The notes: generated by a model not told the origin, from the sequence alone. DNA of 64,000 nucleotides from a virus (IMGVR_UViG_3300045996_002451:147172-211171); one strand, 5' to 3'; counted from the stretch's first letter, positions 36,923 to 46,136 are shown. Numbers and translations: made by a program.

Positions 36923-37424
36923 GATCATCCACGGCGACGAGGTCGAAGCGATTCTGGACGCTGCCGCCGAGCGAGGTCACCTGAACCTGCCGATGTCGGA
37001 TCTGCCGGTCAAGCACGCCTTAGCCAGAGCGTGGAAGTGTTACTGCAAAGAGGTGGAGCTGCCGTATATCGTAGTGGAGATCGACGCCTTGTGGGGTGGC
37101 TCGATTGAGTATGACCTGCGCCCGATGGGAGCGAAGATCCCGAGCATCCCTTTCCAGCTTTTCTGCCATGAGTTAAACGACTACCACGCCTCGTGTGTCG
37201 GTAAGGTTTCGAACCTGCTCCTGTCGATGCTGTACCGAGTCGCACCCACGGATGGGACGATCCTCTTTACCGCAAGCCGCTACGACGCCGTCCAGTTGGT
37301 CTTGGGCTACATTCTGGAAGTGCGTAACCGTTGTTGGGTCGAACAGGCCCCTGTGAACCCGAAAGACGTTGATGAGCAAATCGAACAGTCTGGTCCTGAT
37401 GATGGGCCGACCGAAGCACGGTAA
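36828..37424 (+). CDS. Hypothetical protein.
   Basis: 198-aa ORF. Confidence 0.35.
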   Translation: MADKETPDQTLDLMVKLPSVYQSTFHPLYNAEIIHGDEVEAILDAAAERGHLNLPMSDLPVKHALARAWKCYCKEVELPYIVVEIDALWGGSIEYDLRPMGAKIPSIPFQLFCHELNDYHASCVGKVSNLLLSMLYRVAPTDGTILFTASRYDAVQLVLGYILEVRNRCWVEQAPVNPKDVDEQIEQSGPDDGPTEAR

Positions 37425-37881
37425 AACTACCTTTGCCCGCAAAGCCGCGGCTGAACTAAAGGTACCGCTGGTTTCTTACCGGGACTTGTTTCAAGCGTTG
37501 ACCGGAGGCATCGTGGTCGACGAGTTCAATGTCAGACTGAACCAGGTGGTGCTGGATACAATTGGTTGGTACTTGTTAAAGGGGAAAACCGTCATCTATG
37601 ATGCGGGGAACATGACACGTGCCTCCCGGCAACCCCTGATGGAGATGGCGCAGGTGTTGGAGATCCCGGTGCACGGGATCTGGTGCGTGTGTGATGCTGC
37701 CACCCAGAAGGAACGTTTGCTTAGCGCAGGGTTCCCCCTGGAGCAGGCAGAGTTGATTAACCGTGTCTGGGAAGCGCCGAACATGGACGAGGGGTACGAA
37801 GAGATCGTCGTCCAGTTCACCGATGCTTCCGCGTTGTCCGAAGTAAAGTTGGTACATGATGGAGACCTCGGAAAAGCCTAA
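37369..37881 (+). CDS. P-loop kinase (AAA_33 / polynucleotide-kinase-like), a possible (d)NMP kinase.
   Basis: Walker A 'LMMGRPKHGKTTFA'. Small size. Sits in the nucleotide-metabolism neighbourhood. Confidence 0.5.
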   Translation: MMSKSNSLVLMMGRPKHGKTTFARKAAAELKVPLVSYRDLFQALTGGIVVDEFNVRLNQVVLDTIGWYLLKGKTVIYDAGNMTRASRQPLMEMAQVLEIPVHGIWCVCDAATQKERLLSAGFPLEQAELINRVWEAPNMDEGYEEIVVQFTDASALSEVKLVHDGDLGKA

Positions 37882-38254
37882 GCCCTGCTACTGGCTATTG
37901 CGGATCCCGCCGCTTGCCGTCGTGAAGCTGCTCTTTCGCGAAGACGGCATCTACTTCTGGAAAGCCCGGCTTAAAGGGAAGGTGGTGGACCCCGAGACCC
38001 AGGTGATCCGGGTAGGCTACGACATGGAGACCGACGCGATCCTGATGGTACTTCAGGGAAACAACGGATACCTGGTACCTGAAGGATCAACCATCCCCAC
38101 CGTCGCTCCAGAAATCACCCTGGTCAATCTGGACTACGAAGAGTTGGAACAACTACCCGAGCTGTTCGCTGACCCGGACTGCGGCAAAGGGGTAGAAGCC
38201 TGGGTGCGCCAGGTTACCGAAGACATGAAAGCCCTCGTAGGTAAACCGCTATGA
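37856..38254 (+). CDS. Hypothetical protein.
   Basis: 132-aa ORF. Confidence 0.35.
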   Translation: MMETSEKPKPCYWLLRIPPLAVVKLLFREDGIYFWKARLKGKVVDPETQVIRVGYDMETDAILMVLQGNNGYLVPEGSTIPTVAPEITLVNLDYEELEQLPELFADPDCGKGVEAWVRQVTEDMKALVGKPL

Positions 38255-38451
38255 GTATCGATCTCTTGTTAAGACGTGTAAGCAAAGAGCTAGCACAGCT
38301 CGAAGACGACCGTCTTTTCGCTAAGAGCTACACACAACGTTACCAATATCAACCGGACTTCGGACCGGGATATTACACGCTGTTGGGAGAGCCGATGCTC
38401 TCTTTTGCCAAGCGCCGTGCCGAACGCGCGTTGACTCAACTGAACTCATGA
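38251..38451 (+). CDS. Hypothetical small protein.
   Basis: 66 aa. ATGA overlap. Confidence 0.3.
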   Translation: MSIDLLLRRVSKELAQLEDDRLFAKSYTQRYQYQPDFGPGYYTLLGEPMLSFAKRRAERALTQLNS

Positions 38452-38666
38452 AACGTAAAGACCTTTCGCCTAATCCTTTAGACGCCCTCTTGTGTGCGCT
38501 GGCAGTGCTCGCGTTCTGCTACGGACTTGCCCACTTGGTCAGTACGTCGGAACGTGCGGTAAGGGTAGTCCAACCGCCTGCGCGTCTAAACGACGGCTGG
38601 CCCCACTTCTCCGCCAAACGTAACCGACGGCAGCGTCGGACGGGTAATGATTGGGATGTCGGATAA
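38448..38666 (+). CDS. Small membrane protein.
   Basis: 'LLCALAVLAFCYGLAHLV' is a TM segment. Confidence 0.3.
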   Translation: MKRKDLSPNPLDALLCALAVLAFCYGLAHLVSTSERAVRVVQPPARLNDGWPHFSAKRNRRQRRTGNDWDVG

Positions 38667-38913
38667 GCAGCTTCCTGTACTCCACGTAGGAGATAAAGTC
38701 TGGATCGAGGGCGAAGTCGTCGGTCTGACCAATATGAAGGGAGAGGCTCGGGTGAAGATCCGGGCCCTCTCTGGTTTTAGAGACGGTCGTACCCTTGTCC
38801 CGGCCCGGTTCTTGCAGCCGGACCGCTGGAACTGGGGACGCCGTCTGCGCGCGCGCCTGGGTGTTTGGTGGCGCTGTAAAGTCTGTCGACAGCAAGGACC
38901 CCCATGTCTTTAG
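38647..38913 (+). CDS. Hypothetical small protein.
   Basis: 88 aa. Followed by a terminator. Confidence 0.3.
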   Translation: MIGMSDKQLPVLHVGDKVWIEGEVVGLTNMKGEARVKIRALSGFRDGRTLVPARFLQPDRWNWGRRLRARLGVWWRCKVCRQQGPPCL

Positions 38914-38919
38914 CTCGAT

Positions 38920-38956
38920 AAGCAAGCCCTCTCTTGAAAGGGGGCTTGCTTTTTAT
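38920..38956 (+). terminator. Rho-independent terminator.
   Basis: AAGCAAGCCC / GGGCTTGCTT stem followed by TTTTATTT. Confidence 0.6.
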
Positions 38957-38980
38957 TTGGACCTCTCGTACAATACTGGT

Positions 38981-38996
38981 GTATGACGCGTCATAC
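38981..38996. promoter_or_regulatory. Motif B perfect palindrome (GTATGACGCGTCATAC).
   Basis: Immediately 3' of the 38920 terminator. Confidence 0.5.
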
Positions 38997-39019
38997 AATA
39001 TTTTGAACCGGAGATCTCG

Positions 39020-39469
39020 TTGAACTACCGTTCCCTCACCACCAAATTACTCTTCGTGTTCCTGGCTGGCTGTGTGGGGTTGGCACTGTACGACTTCCTG
39101 CCTGCGACTAATCGCGCCAATGGGGACACGATCAGCGAGGTTATGGGAGGCTTACCGCCGATCCCGATCCTCCTCATTGTCCTACTGGTTGGACTGCTGG
39201 TAGGTCATTTCTGGTGGGAGAACCCGCTGTGGCGCAAGCTGGAGTTCCAGCGTATCCAGCAGTGGTTTGCGTTGGCGCCGCAACGCTGTGCGCTTTGCCG
39301 CCTGGAGTCTTACGGTTATACAGAGGGGTTCATCGATGCTGGAGCGCCCTGGCCGGAGCACGCCTGCGGTGACGCTCTGGCCAAATGTACCCGGCTTCCG
39401 CACGACGGGCCGTGTAACGGGTTACCGTGTGATTACGTGCTGGAAAAGCTAGCAGAGCAAACCAAGTAA
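39020..39469 (+). CDS. Membrane protein with a Cys-rich C-terminus and a possible lipoprotein signal.
   Basis: 'LLFVFLAGCVGLALYDF' lipobox-like segment, a second TM, and multiple Cys in the C-terminus. TTG start. Confidence 0.35.
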   Translation: MNYRSLTTKLLFVFLAGCVGLALYDFLPATNRANGDTISEVMGGLPPIPILLIVLLVGLLVGHFWWENPLWRKLEFQRIQQWFALAPQRCALCRLESYGYTEGFIDAGAPWPEHACGDALAKCTRLPHDGPCNGLPCDYVLEKLAEQTK

Positions 39470-39669
39470 TGAGCAACCTTTACTTTACGAAGGAAGAGTT
39501 TGCCGAGTGCTACCCATCCTTAGCTAAGCCGCTTTTCGAGTCGCCGGACGGCGTCTACCTAGGGGCACGGCTGCGTTACAAACTGGTCGGGAACGTGGTG
39601 ATCGCGGGACAGATGGGTTTCTGGGAAACCCTCGGTCACTTGTTCAAGACGTGGAGGAAACACGCCTGA
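39469..39669 (+). CDS. Hypothetical small protein.
   Basis: 66-aa ORF. Confidence 0.3.
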   Translation: MSNLYFTKEEFAECYPSLAKPLFESPDGVYLGARLRYKLVGNVVIAGQMGFWETLGHLFKTWRKHA

Positions 39670-39935
39670 TGGAATACGTCCATGTCAACGTCAACCGGAT
39701 CAAGAGCAACGGGGTGAAACTGCGCGAAGGCGCCGTCACCACCCTGGCAGAACTGGAACCGGTAGTGACCGCCAAGCCTAGTCGGAGCGAAACCGGTGTC
39801 TACGGCCAGCGGATCGCGATCCTGGATGCCCTCGGTAACGAGGTGGCGTACGTGACCTACGATCCGTTTCATCCACTGCCGTGCGGAGCCAAGGCGTGGA
39901 TCGAAGCACCGCATGGGACTAAGGTAATCGCATGA
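39651..39935 (+). CDS. Hypothetical small protein.
   Basis: 94-aa ORF. Confidence 0.3.
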   Translation: MEETRLMEYVHVNVNRIKSNGVKLREGAVTTLAELEPVVTAKPSRSETGVYGQRIAILDALGNEVAYVTYDPFHPLPCGAKAWIEAPHGTKVIA

Positions 39936-40495
39936 GCCAGATCAAGACCAAACGCGAAGCGATCGACCTGGCACAGCGCGGACGTTTCGGCAATACGATG
40001 CCGGTGTGGAAAAGCCTGGAAGAGGTAGAGGCTAGCGGTTACACGGGTAACGTGATGGTCCGCTACGCCGAGCCGGGCAGCGCCTGGAATATACCCAGTG
40101 CCGATCTCGCCACGGCAGGTTATTGGGTCCACGCTTTCTGTCGCCAAGGGGCGCTGCTCGAAAAGTTTCACTTCACCGTCGGCGGAAGCTGCGGTAGCCG
40201 CCTGATCAACGGCGAGGTGATGCAAAACTACTTAGGCTTCCAACTGCACTACAACGACACGCAGCCGACGATGGTCATGCGGGAGTCGTTGAAGCAGGAA
40301 AACGGTGTCAAGAACGCCTCCGGCCTCCAGGCTAAGCTGATCCTCCAGCACTACATGGACCCCTCCAGCTACGCCGACCTGGAGGCGATCTGGGACGAAT
40401 GGCCGGATGCCGTGGTGGAGTTTACGGTGTTCAGTCAGGATGTGGGGAACATCCCTCGTCGCAACACCATCTTCTGGGAAGTACGCAGCTATTGA
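39932..40495 (+). CDS. Hypothetical protein.
   Basis: 187-aa ORF. Contains an in-coding motif A copy at 40038. Confidence 0.4.
   Translation: MSQIKTKREAIDLAQRGRFGNTMPVWKSLEEVEASGYTGNVMVRYAEPGSAWNIPSADLATAGYWVHAFCRQGALLEKFHFTVGGSCGSRLINGEVMQNYLGFQLHYNDTQPTMVMRESLKQENGVKNASGLQAKLILQHYMDPSSYADLEAIWDEWPDAVVEFTVFSQDVGNIPRRNTIFWEVRSY
40038..40051. promoter_or_regulatory. Motif A (GTTACACGGGTAAC) inside coding sequence.
   Basis: Lies within the 39932-40495 ORF. A possible internal regulatory site. Confidence 0.3.
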
Positions 40496-40733
40496 AACCC
40501 CTAGCACAAGACGTCCGGATCGATTACACCAACTGGCGCAACGAACGCTCCAGTCGGATCATCTCTCCGATCGAGTTGTTCTTCGGCTCCAACCTCTACC
40601 ATCCAGAAGCTCAGTGGCTTCTCGTGGCCCTGGATGTAGAGAAGAACGCCACACGCACCTTTGCGTTGAAGAACATCCATCATTGGCAGCCCGCTCGCTC
40701 AACCCACATGCTCTCGGAGCAGAAAGAAACCCC

Positions 40734-41303
40734 ATGAGTTTTACTAAGCAGCAGATTACCGGTTTCCTGAAGCGCACCTACGAGTTGGCCAGTCAGAGCC
40801 GCGACACCAGCAACCAGAACGGCGCCATCATCGTGGACTCCTATTCAGGGAAGATCCTGAGCGAAGGGTTCAATGACTTCCCGACCGGCTGCCAGGATCT
40901 TCCGGAGCGTCACGAGCGCCCCCTCAAGTACTCCTACTTCCGCCATGCCGAGCGACACGCCTGCTACAACGCGGCCAAGCGCGGCAACAAGACCGACGGC
41001 ATGACGATGATCTGTCCCTGGTTCGCCTGCGACAGTTGCGCCATTGCCATCATCGAGTCCGGCGTACGCCGTGTCATCGGCCATCAGCAGCGTATGGCAG
41101 AGACGCCGGAGCGCTGGAAAGAGAATGTGGATCTCGCCCTGGAGATGCTGGCCGAAGCGGGGGTGGACTACACCTTTTTCGACGGCCCGGTGAAGGCTGA
41201 CCCCATCATCGTCAACAGCGTGCTCTGGTCTCCGAGCGGTAAGATCGTGGTACCCGTTGCTGCCCCGGTGGTACCGGTAGAGGTGCAGCATGTGGCGGAA
41301 TGA
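40734..41303 (+). CDS. dCMP / cytidine-deoxycytidylate deaminase.
   Basis: 'FRHAERHACYNA' (H-A-E) and 'CPWFACDSC' (PCxxC) zinc-binding motifs. ATG at 40734. Confidence 0.7.
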   Translation: MSFTKQQITGFLKRTYELASQSRDTSNQNGAIIVDSYSGKILSEGFNDFPTGCQDLPERHERPLKYSYFRHAERHACYNAAKRGNKTDGMTMICPWFACDSCAIAIIESGVRRVIGHQQRMAETPERWKENVDLALEMLAEAGVDYTFFDGPVKADPIIVNSVLWSPSGKIVVPVAAPVVPVEVQHVAE

Positions 41304-41754
41304 AACTCCGGAGAAGCGCGTAGACCGCTTGTGGTGGGGCGGTCTAACCTTGCTCATTCTCGTTGGTATTCTCCTCCTAGGGCTGGCGATCAAACACGTG
41401 ATCACCACCCCGGTAAAAGCTGAGATTACCTGGGAAGCGGGTAAGGGCTACACCAACGGGATCGATAACGACTACCTGGGAGAGGAGGGCGTGAAGCACA
41501 CCCCGGTGGTGATCGCGGAAGCACAACTCACACCCCTCTCGCGCGAGCGCTCGTTATACACCGTCGTCTTCTATGACCGTGAGACCGCCACCAAGTGGGT
41601 CCTCCAAGGCAGCGAGGAGAGCCTGGCTGAGCGTGTCTGGAGCCGGGTCGTTGAGAACGACGGCGTAGAGATGGACTGGACCGGTAGCCCGGAAAACGCG
41701 CTGATCGTTGGTTGTAGCTGGGGTACGGAAGACAACGTGACGGAAGTACGCTAA
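41290..41754 (+). CDS. Membrane protein.
   Basis: The N-terminal segment 'LWWGGLTLLILVGILLLGLAI' is a TM helix. Confidence 0.4.
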   Translation: MWRNETPEKRVDRLWWGGLTLLILVGILLLGLAIKHVITTPVKAEITWEAGKGYTNGIDNDYLGEEGVKHTPVVIAEAQLTPLSRERSLYTVVFYDRETATKWVLQGSEESLAERVWSRVVENDGVEMDWTGSPENALIVGCSWGTEDNVTEVR

Positions 41755-42095
41755 TGGCCAAGCGAAAGAGCCTGAAGCCAGAGCACTGTGAGATCCGACC
41801 GATCCATGCGCTGACGTGTGACGAAACCGGGGCGCTCGTTTGGCAAACAGGAAGCTGGGAGCTGGTGCTGCGCACCGAGGATGAAGACTCCTTTATGGAC
41901 GGGGACATCTTCCTTTCCATGACCCCGGAAGCGATGCGCATGATTCATCGGTTGCTCGGCGTCGCTCTTTCCCAGGAAGAGATCTTCGGAAAAGAAACGC
42001 CCTACCCGCCTCCGGTTGAGCAGACTGAAGAGTTGACCCCTACCCATGAAACCCCCAAAGCCGCAGTTGGAAAGTTCGACACCCGCCCGCGTTAG
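41754..42095 (+). CDS. Hypothetical protein.
   Basis: 113-aa ORF. ATGG overlap. Confidence 0.35.
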   Translation: MAKRKSLKPEHCEIRPIHALTCDETGALVWQTGSWELVLRTEDEDSFMDGDIFLSMTPEAMRMIHRLLGVALSQEEIFGKETPYPPPVEQTEELTPTHETPKAAVGKFDTRPR

Positions 42096-42393
42096 CTGGT
42101 TCTGGAACGACGTTAAGCTCGTAGGTAAGTACTCCCCTTACGTGTCGATGGTGCTGCTGGAGTCCGCCAACCTCCAGCAGCTCTGGCAAATGTGGACGCG
42201 GCAGACCGCAGCCGGGCAGTCCTTTACCGGTTGGTTCACGGTCTGGCTGGCCCTGGTGGTCTGGTGCAACTTCTACCGCACCATTGCGCCGGAGCAAAAC
42301 CGCTCCGCCTTCCGGGTAACGCTGGTGGGGGTAGCCATCAACTCCCTGGTCTGGGGGTCGGTGCTGTACTTCCGCATGATCGGGAGAGGTTGA
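42046..42393 (+). CDS. Membrane protein. Start uncertain.
   Basis: Trp-rich TM segments 'WFTVWLALVVWCNFY' and 'VGVAINSLVWGSVLYF'. The listed start overlaps the upstream gene by 50 nt. Confidence 0.3.
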   Translation: MKPPKPQLESSTPARVSWFWNDVKLVGKYSPYVSMVLLESANLQQLWQMWTRQTAAGQSFTGWFTVWLALVVWCNFYRTIAPEQNRSAFRVTLVGVAINSLVWGSVLYFRMIGRG

Positions 42394-42770
42394 TGATCTC
42401 GCTAAAAGATTGGTATGCCAAGCTCGTAGGTAATCGTGAAGAGTCGAAGGTAGAGAAACCGGAACCTACCGTGCTTGAGCCTCAACCCGTAAGACGCCTG
42501 GTCAGTACTCTGCTGTACGACACGGAACTCGCGGAGAAGGTAGCCTGGAAGATGGAAACCAGCTACAACGGTCGGTACATGTACTACAAATGGATCCTCT
42601 ACCGTACCGATAACGGACGCTGGTTTCGGGTGAACTACCTAGATGACCGAGAACAGTTAACGCCGCTGGATACCGGTATGGCAGAACAACACCTGAGAGA
42701 GACGCTGCCGATGCAGCAGCTCCTACCGCTATTGGAAAAGCACTTTAACGTGCGGGTGTCTCCCGCGTGA
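42393..42770 (+). CDS. Hypothetical protein.
   Basis: An ATG at 42393 overlaps the upstream stop (TGATGA). ~125 aa. Confidence 0.4.
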   Translation: MISLKDWYAKLVGNREESKVEKPEPTVLEPQPVRRLVSTLLYDTELAEKVAWKMETSYNGRYMYYKWILYRTDNGRWFRVNYLDDREQLTPLDTGMAEQHLRETLPMQQLLPLLEKHFNVRVSPA

Positions 42771-42786
42771 AATCAGGAAACGGATC

Positions 42787-42972
42787 ATGCCTAGTTGGGG
42801 AGAGGTCACGCAGGTCAAACAATGCGCGTGCTGTAAGCAGGTGGACGACCCACTCTACTTCCAGGAGTTCAAGGATCAACACACCATGAGTGATTACCTG
42901 AACAAGGAGAACTGGGTCTGCCGCGGCTGCCTGAACACCGGGAAGCCTCAAGCAGCCAAGGGTAACATCTGA
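42787..42972 (+). CDS. Small zinc-ribbon protein.
   Basis: 'CACCKQ ... CRGC' pairs. 61 aa. Confidence 0.35.
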   Translation: MPSWGEVTQVKQCACCKQVDDPLYFQEFKDQHTMSDYLNKENWVCRGCLNTGKPQAAKGNI

Positions 42973-43191
42973 GGGGATCACGTCCCCTTTTCCACCGCTG
43001 CTCTCCCCTCAGGACCACCGCCATGTCCGACCAGAACGAAGTGATCTTTAGTGCCGACTTCAAAGGTCTCCCGCTCAAAAACAGCCAGTACGGCGGGCCG
43101 AAGCCGCCGAAAGGACCCAGTACCTCCAAAGGCTCCAAGCCGCCGAAAGGCAAAGGCTCCGGCAAGTCCGGCAAGAAGTAGGAGTACGGGG

Positions 43192-43557
43192 ATGCCACGC
43201 CAGCCCAAGCCGCCTCGACGCCGGACCGTTATCTACGGTCTCGTGGATCCACGCGATGGCTTGATCTACTACGTTGGCAAGACCACGAACCCGAGCCGTC
43301 GGGTTGAGGGTCACCTGAAGGAGACCGTCAACAAGAACCGGGTCGCGTGGATCAAGGATCTGGTAGCACACAAGTTGCTGCCGATCCTGATCATCCTGGA
43401 AACGGTCCCCAAGGACAAGACCTGGGAAGATACGGAAATCTATTGGATCGCCAAGGGAAGGGCGCTGGGATGGCCGCTGCTTAACGTCAGCGACGGCGGC
43501 AACGAACCGCCTCGCTACACCAACGTGCCTACCCGAGGAACACGCAGAGGATACTGA
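43192..43557 (+). CDS. GIY-YIG endonuclease, a free-standing homing-endonuclease-like gene.
   Basis: 'VIYGLVDPRDGLIYYVGKTTNPSRRVEGH' is the GIY-x10-YIG motif with a conserved R and H. ATG at 43192 with GGAG upstream. Preceded by a 52-aa Lys/Pro/Gly-rich ORF (43022-43180). Confidence 0.6.
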   Translation: MPRQPKPPRRRTVIYGLVDPRDGLIYYVGKTTNPSRRVEGHLKETVNKNRVAWIKDLVAHKLLPILIILETVPKDKTWEDTEIYWIAKGRALGWPLLNVSDGGNEPPRYTNVPTRGTRRGY

Positions 43558-43568
43558 TGAGCCCTCCT

Positions 43569-43582
43569 GTTACCCGTGTAAC
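43569..43582. promoter_or_regulatory. Motif A (GTTACCCGTGTAAC).
   Basis: Just after the GIY-YIG gene stop. Confidence 0.45.
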
Positions 43583-43767
43583 ACGTTCCCTGCACTGTAA
43601 GTTGTTGGGAGCACTGGGTAACCCGATGACCGCTTACGGAGGCGGCGTGCTCACCACGATCAGTTTGTTAGTGAACGAGAAGCTGCCGGAACTGGCAGTG
43701 CTTACCCATCTAGCCATGGTGGTTCTGGTGGTTGGAGTACTGTCGGGCTGGCGAGATTACGGAGAAG

Positions 43768-44004
43768 ATGATGGCAGGTAATAACGCGGTGCGCCGACCT
43801 TCAGTGATGCTGTGCAAGGCATGCAAGGCTGAAGCCGTTGTGGGCCAGGGGAACTTCCGCAAGGAAACCCGCATGGCATACCGAGAGATCGGAGACCCCA
43901 CGCAAAAGGAAAGCTATTCCCGCTCCCTGGCCGTTAGCCAGGAGGTGCTGGTGTGCATCCACTGCAACCACGTGCAGGAAGAACTCGGCTTCATTCGGAG
44001 CTAA
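43768..44004 (+). CDS. Small zinc-ribbon protein.
   Basis: 'CKAC ... CIHC' pairs. Confidence 0.35.
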   Translation: MMAGNNAVRRPSVMLCKACKAEAVVGQGNFRKETRMAYREIGDPTQKESYSRSLAVSQEVLVCIHCNHVQEELGFIRS

Positions 44005-44121
44005 GTAATGAACCTGGAAGAGCGCATCCTACTCGTGATCAGTCTGGTGCTGGTAGGAGCGCTCGCCCTTTTTTCCGCGTTGATTCAGTTGAGTCTGGTT
44101 AGTCGTTAACGGGGTAGAATA

Positions 44122-44409
44122 ATGAACAACCGAGCGTTGAACCGAAATGAGTGGGGCGTGCGAGTAGAGACCCAGATCGTCCGGGCCGGGGCACAGCACC
44201 GGGTGGAAGCGACCAAAGCACAGATCCAGAAATGGGATCCCGCGCTAGTCGGCAAGAGTGTCTTTAATGAGCAGCGACTGGTGGAAGCCCGAGAGCGCCT
44301 GCAGCGCGACCAACTGTACCTCTCGGTGCTACAAAGCCACGGGGCGCCGCACATCATCCTCTCGGTTGAAGACTGCGTCTACTTTGGTCTGCATGTGTTA
44401 GAGAGCTAG
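44122..44409 (+). CDS. Hypothetical protein.
   Basis: 95-aa ORF. Confidence 0.35.
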   Translation: MNNRALNRNEWGVRVETQIVRAGAQHRVEATKAQIQKWDPALVGKSVFNEQRLVEARERLQRDQLYLSVLQSHGAPHIILSVEDCVYFGLHVLES

Positions 44410-44415
44410 AACCTC

Positions 44416-45018
44416 GTGGCTAACAGCTTTGAGAACGAGATGAGCGAGAGCGCGCAGCATCTGGGCATCTGTTACCAGAAGCTGGCAATCCCCATGCGGC
44501 TCTGCCACATGACCAAGCGCTTGATCAAGCTAAAAACCAACCCTTACGACGCCTTTGCCATCCATGAAGGTCGGCACTACGCGCTGGAGTTGAAAAGCTT
44601 GGACGAGCACGGCAGCTTTCCACTGGTCAACATCGAACCTCATCAGATCGAAGGTCTCCAGTCCGCGGCGATCTCCGGGGCCAAAGCCTTCTTACTGGTT
44701 AACATGAGAAGGCAGAAGGGCAAGACAGCGAACCGCGCGTGGTCGCTTCCTATTGAGTACTGGGATGAACTCCTGGCTTTACTGGAAACGGCCAAGCGGA
44801 AGAGTATTCCCTACCGCTACTTTACGGAAGAGCTGCTCTTTACTGAGTTGCCTCGCCGCCGAGTAGAGAACGCGTTTGGTGCAGAGGAGCTGGTCTGGGA
44901 CCTCCGGGTTCCGCTGGGTATCGTAACTGAGCCGGTCAAGCTGCCTGCGTTAGATGATGAGCCTCCTTATGATCCGGAGAACCCTTGGGCGTTGCCTCCG
45001 GTTGAAGTACGCGTGTAG
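44416..45018 (+). CDS. Putative PD-(D/E)xK nuclease (VRR-NUC / RecU-like).
   Basis: 'YDAFAIHEGRHYALELKS' fits a D ... E-x-K catalytic core. Tentative. Confidence 0.3.
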   Translation: MANSFENEMSESAQHLGICYQKLAIPMRLCHMTKRLIKLKTNPYDAFAIHEGRHYALELKSLDEHGSFPLVNIEPHQIEGLQSAAISGAKAFLLVNMRRQKGKTANRAWSLPIEYWDELLALLETAKRKSIPYRYFTEELLFTELPRRRVENAFGAEELVWDLRVPLGIVTEPVKLPALDDEPPYDPENPWALPPVEVRV

Positions 45019-45024
45019 CACGCG

Positions 45025-45040
45025 TCATACATAGAGTCCG
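45025..45040. promoter_or_regulatory. Motif B variant (GTAGCACGCGTCATAC).
   Basis: Upstream of the GroES-like gene. Confidence 0.4.
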
Positions 45041-45061
45041 TATCCCGAGTTAAGAGAGTTT

Positions 45062-45604
45062 ATGAACACCCTGCTTTCCCAGATCCTTGAAAACAAGAAC
45101 CTCGCCCTGAAGACGATCGGCGCCAACCCGCAGCTTGTCCAGCCGCTCGGCAGCTACATCGTCGTGAAGCTGATCAAGGCGGACGAGTACACCCTGGGTG
45201 GGATCGCCCTGACCGCGCAGTCCATCGAGAAGAACCAGCCGCAGCTTGCGGAGGTGATCAGCGTGGGCCCGGGACAGCGCGGCATGACCGACGGCGTCGC
45301 GATCCCGGTCTGCACCAAGCCGGGCGATCTGGTGCTGGTCGTAAAGCACACCCCGTACGAGATCAAGCTGAACGGCGAAGTCTTCTGGGTGGCGTTTGAA
45401 GGCGACCTGCTGGGCGTCATCAACCAGGAAGAGCTGGCGGTGACCCTGGCCGTAGAGCAGGCCCGCCTGGAAGCGGAGCGGCTGGACCGAGAAGCCAAGC
45501 TCGCTGCCGAAGAGGCGACGAAGGGCAAACTGGTCGAGAAGCTGGATGATGGAGAGCTGCGCGAGAGCAAGGGCGGCATCCTGATCGCCACTGCGGGGGC
45601 CTAA
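45062..45604 (+). CDS. GroES / Cpn10-like co-chaperonin (T4 gp31-like) with a charged coiled-coil C-terminal extension.
   Basis: The pattern 'YIVVKLIKADEYTLGGIALTAQSIEKNQPQLAEVISVGPG ... KPGDLVLVVKHTPYEIKLNGEVFWVAFEGDLLGVI' parallels the GroES mobile-loop and roof-hairpin layout. Confidence 0.5.
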   Translation: MNTLLSQILENKNLALKTIGANPQLVQPLGSYIVVKLIKADEYTLGGIALTAQSIEKNQPQLAEVISVGPGQRGMTDGVAIPVCTKPGDLVLVVKHTPYEIKLNGEVFWVAFEGDLLGVINQEELAVTLAVEQARLEAERLDREAKLAAEEATKGKLVEKLDDGELRESKGGILIATAGA

Positions 45605-45609
45605 GCCCT

Positions 45610-45960
45610 ATGTCCCAGAAGCTTTCACCCCCTGCCTTGCGCGGGGGGTTGTACCCTTCGGCGCACATGCGGCGCTGCCCGGCCTTCCACTACTGCGCGC
45701 GCTGTCACATGTGCGCGAACTTCAACATCCATAATGAGATGTGTAATCGGTGTGAAGAACGGAAAGCGCCCAAGCGTTACTGCAAGTGTACGCCTGCAGA
45801 ACGCCACGCTCTGATCCAGGTGGAGAAGATCACGAACAAACCGCTCTGGGATCCAAACAACGCCGAGCGCGGCGAAGTGTTAATCCAGACGGACCACACC
45901 CCGATCAACCAGGACATGGTCCAGGCGATCAAAGAGATGAAGTCCGCGGGTCAGGAGTAG
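45610..45960 (+). CDS. Cys/His-rich small protein.
   Basis: 'RRCPAFHYCARCHMCANFNIHNEMCNRCEERKAPKRYCKC' is a multi-Cys metal-binding-like segment. Confidence 0.35.
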   Translation: MSQKLSPPALRGGLYPSAHMRRCPAFHYCARCHMCANFNIHNEMCNRCEERKAPKRYCKCTPAERHALIQVEKITNKPLWDPNNAERGEVLIQTDHTPINQDMVQAIKEMKSAGQE

Positions 45961-45962
45961 CG

Positions 45963-46136
45963 ATGTCGTACCTAGAGATTGTTCGTAAAGACGGCACCGT
46001 CCTCGGTACGATCGATGAGGTGAACCACCACGTTGAGGTGGGCGTGGACTGGGCTAACCAGCCGCATAAGACCGTTAAGCAGGCTAAAGCCAAGAAGGCT
46101 AAGGCCAAGAAAGAAGAGCAGATCGATGAGCGTTGA
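45963..46136 (+). CDS. Hypothetical small basic protein.
   Basis: 57 aa with a 'KAKKAKAKKEE' tail. ATG at 45963. Confidence 0.3.
   Translation: MSYLEIVRKDGTVLGTIDEVNHHVEVGVDWANQPHKTVKQAKAKKAKAKKEEQIDER

Noticed and set aside
40492-40737. Possible 81-aa TTG-start ORF between 39932-40495 and the dCMP deaminase gene.
   Set aside because: The only possible start is a TTG overlapping the upstream stop, with no clear RBS. It may be real (ATGA overlap with the deaminase gene), but the evidence is too weak to call.
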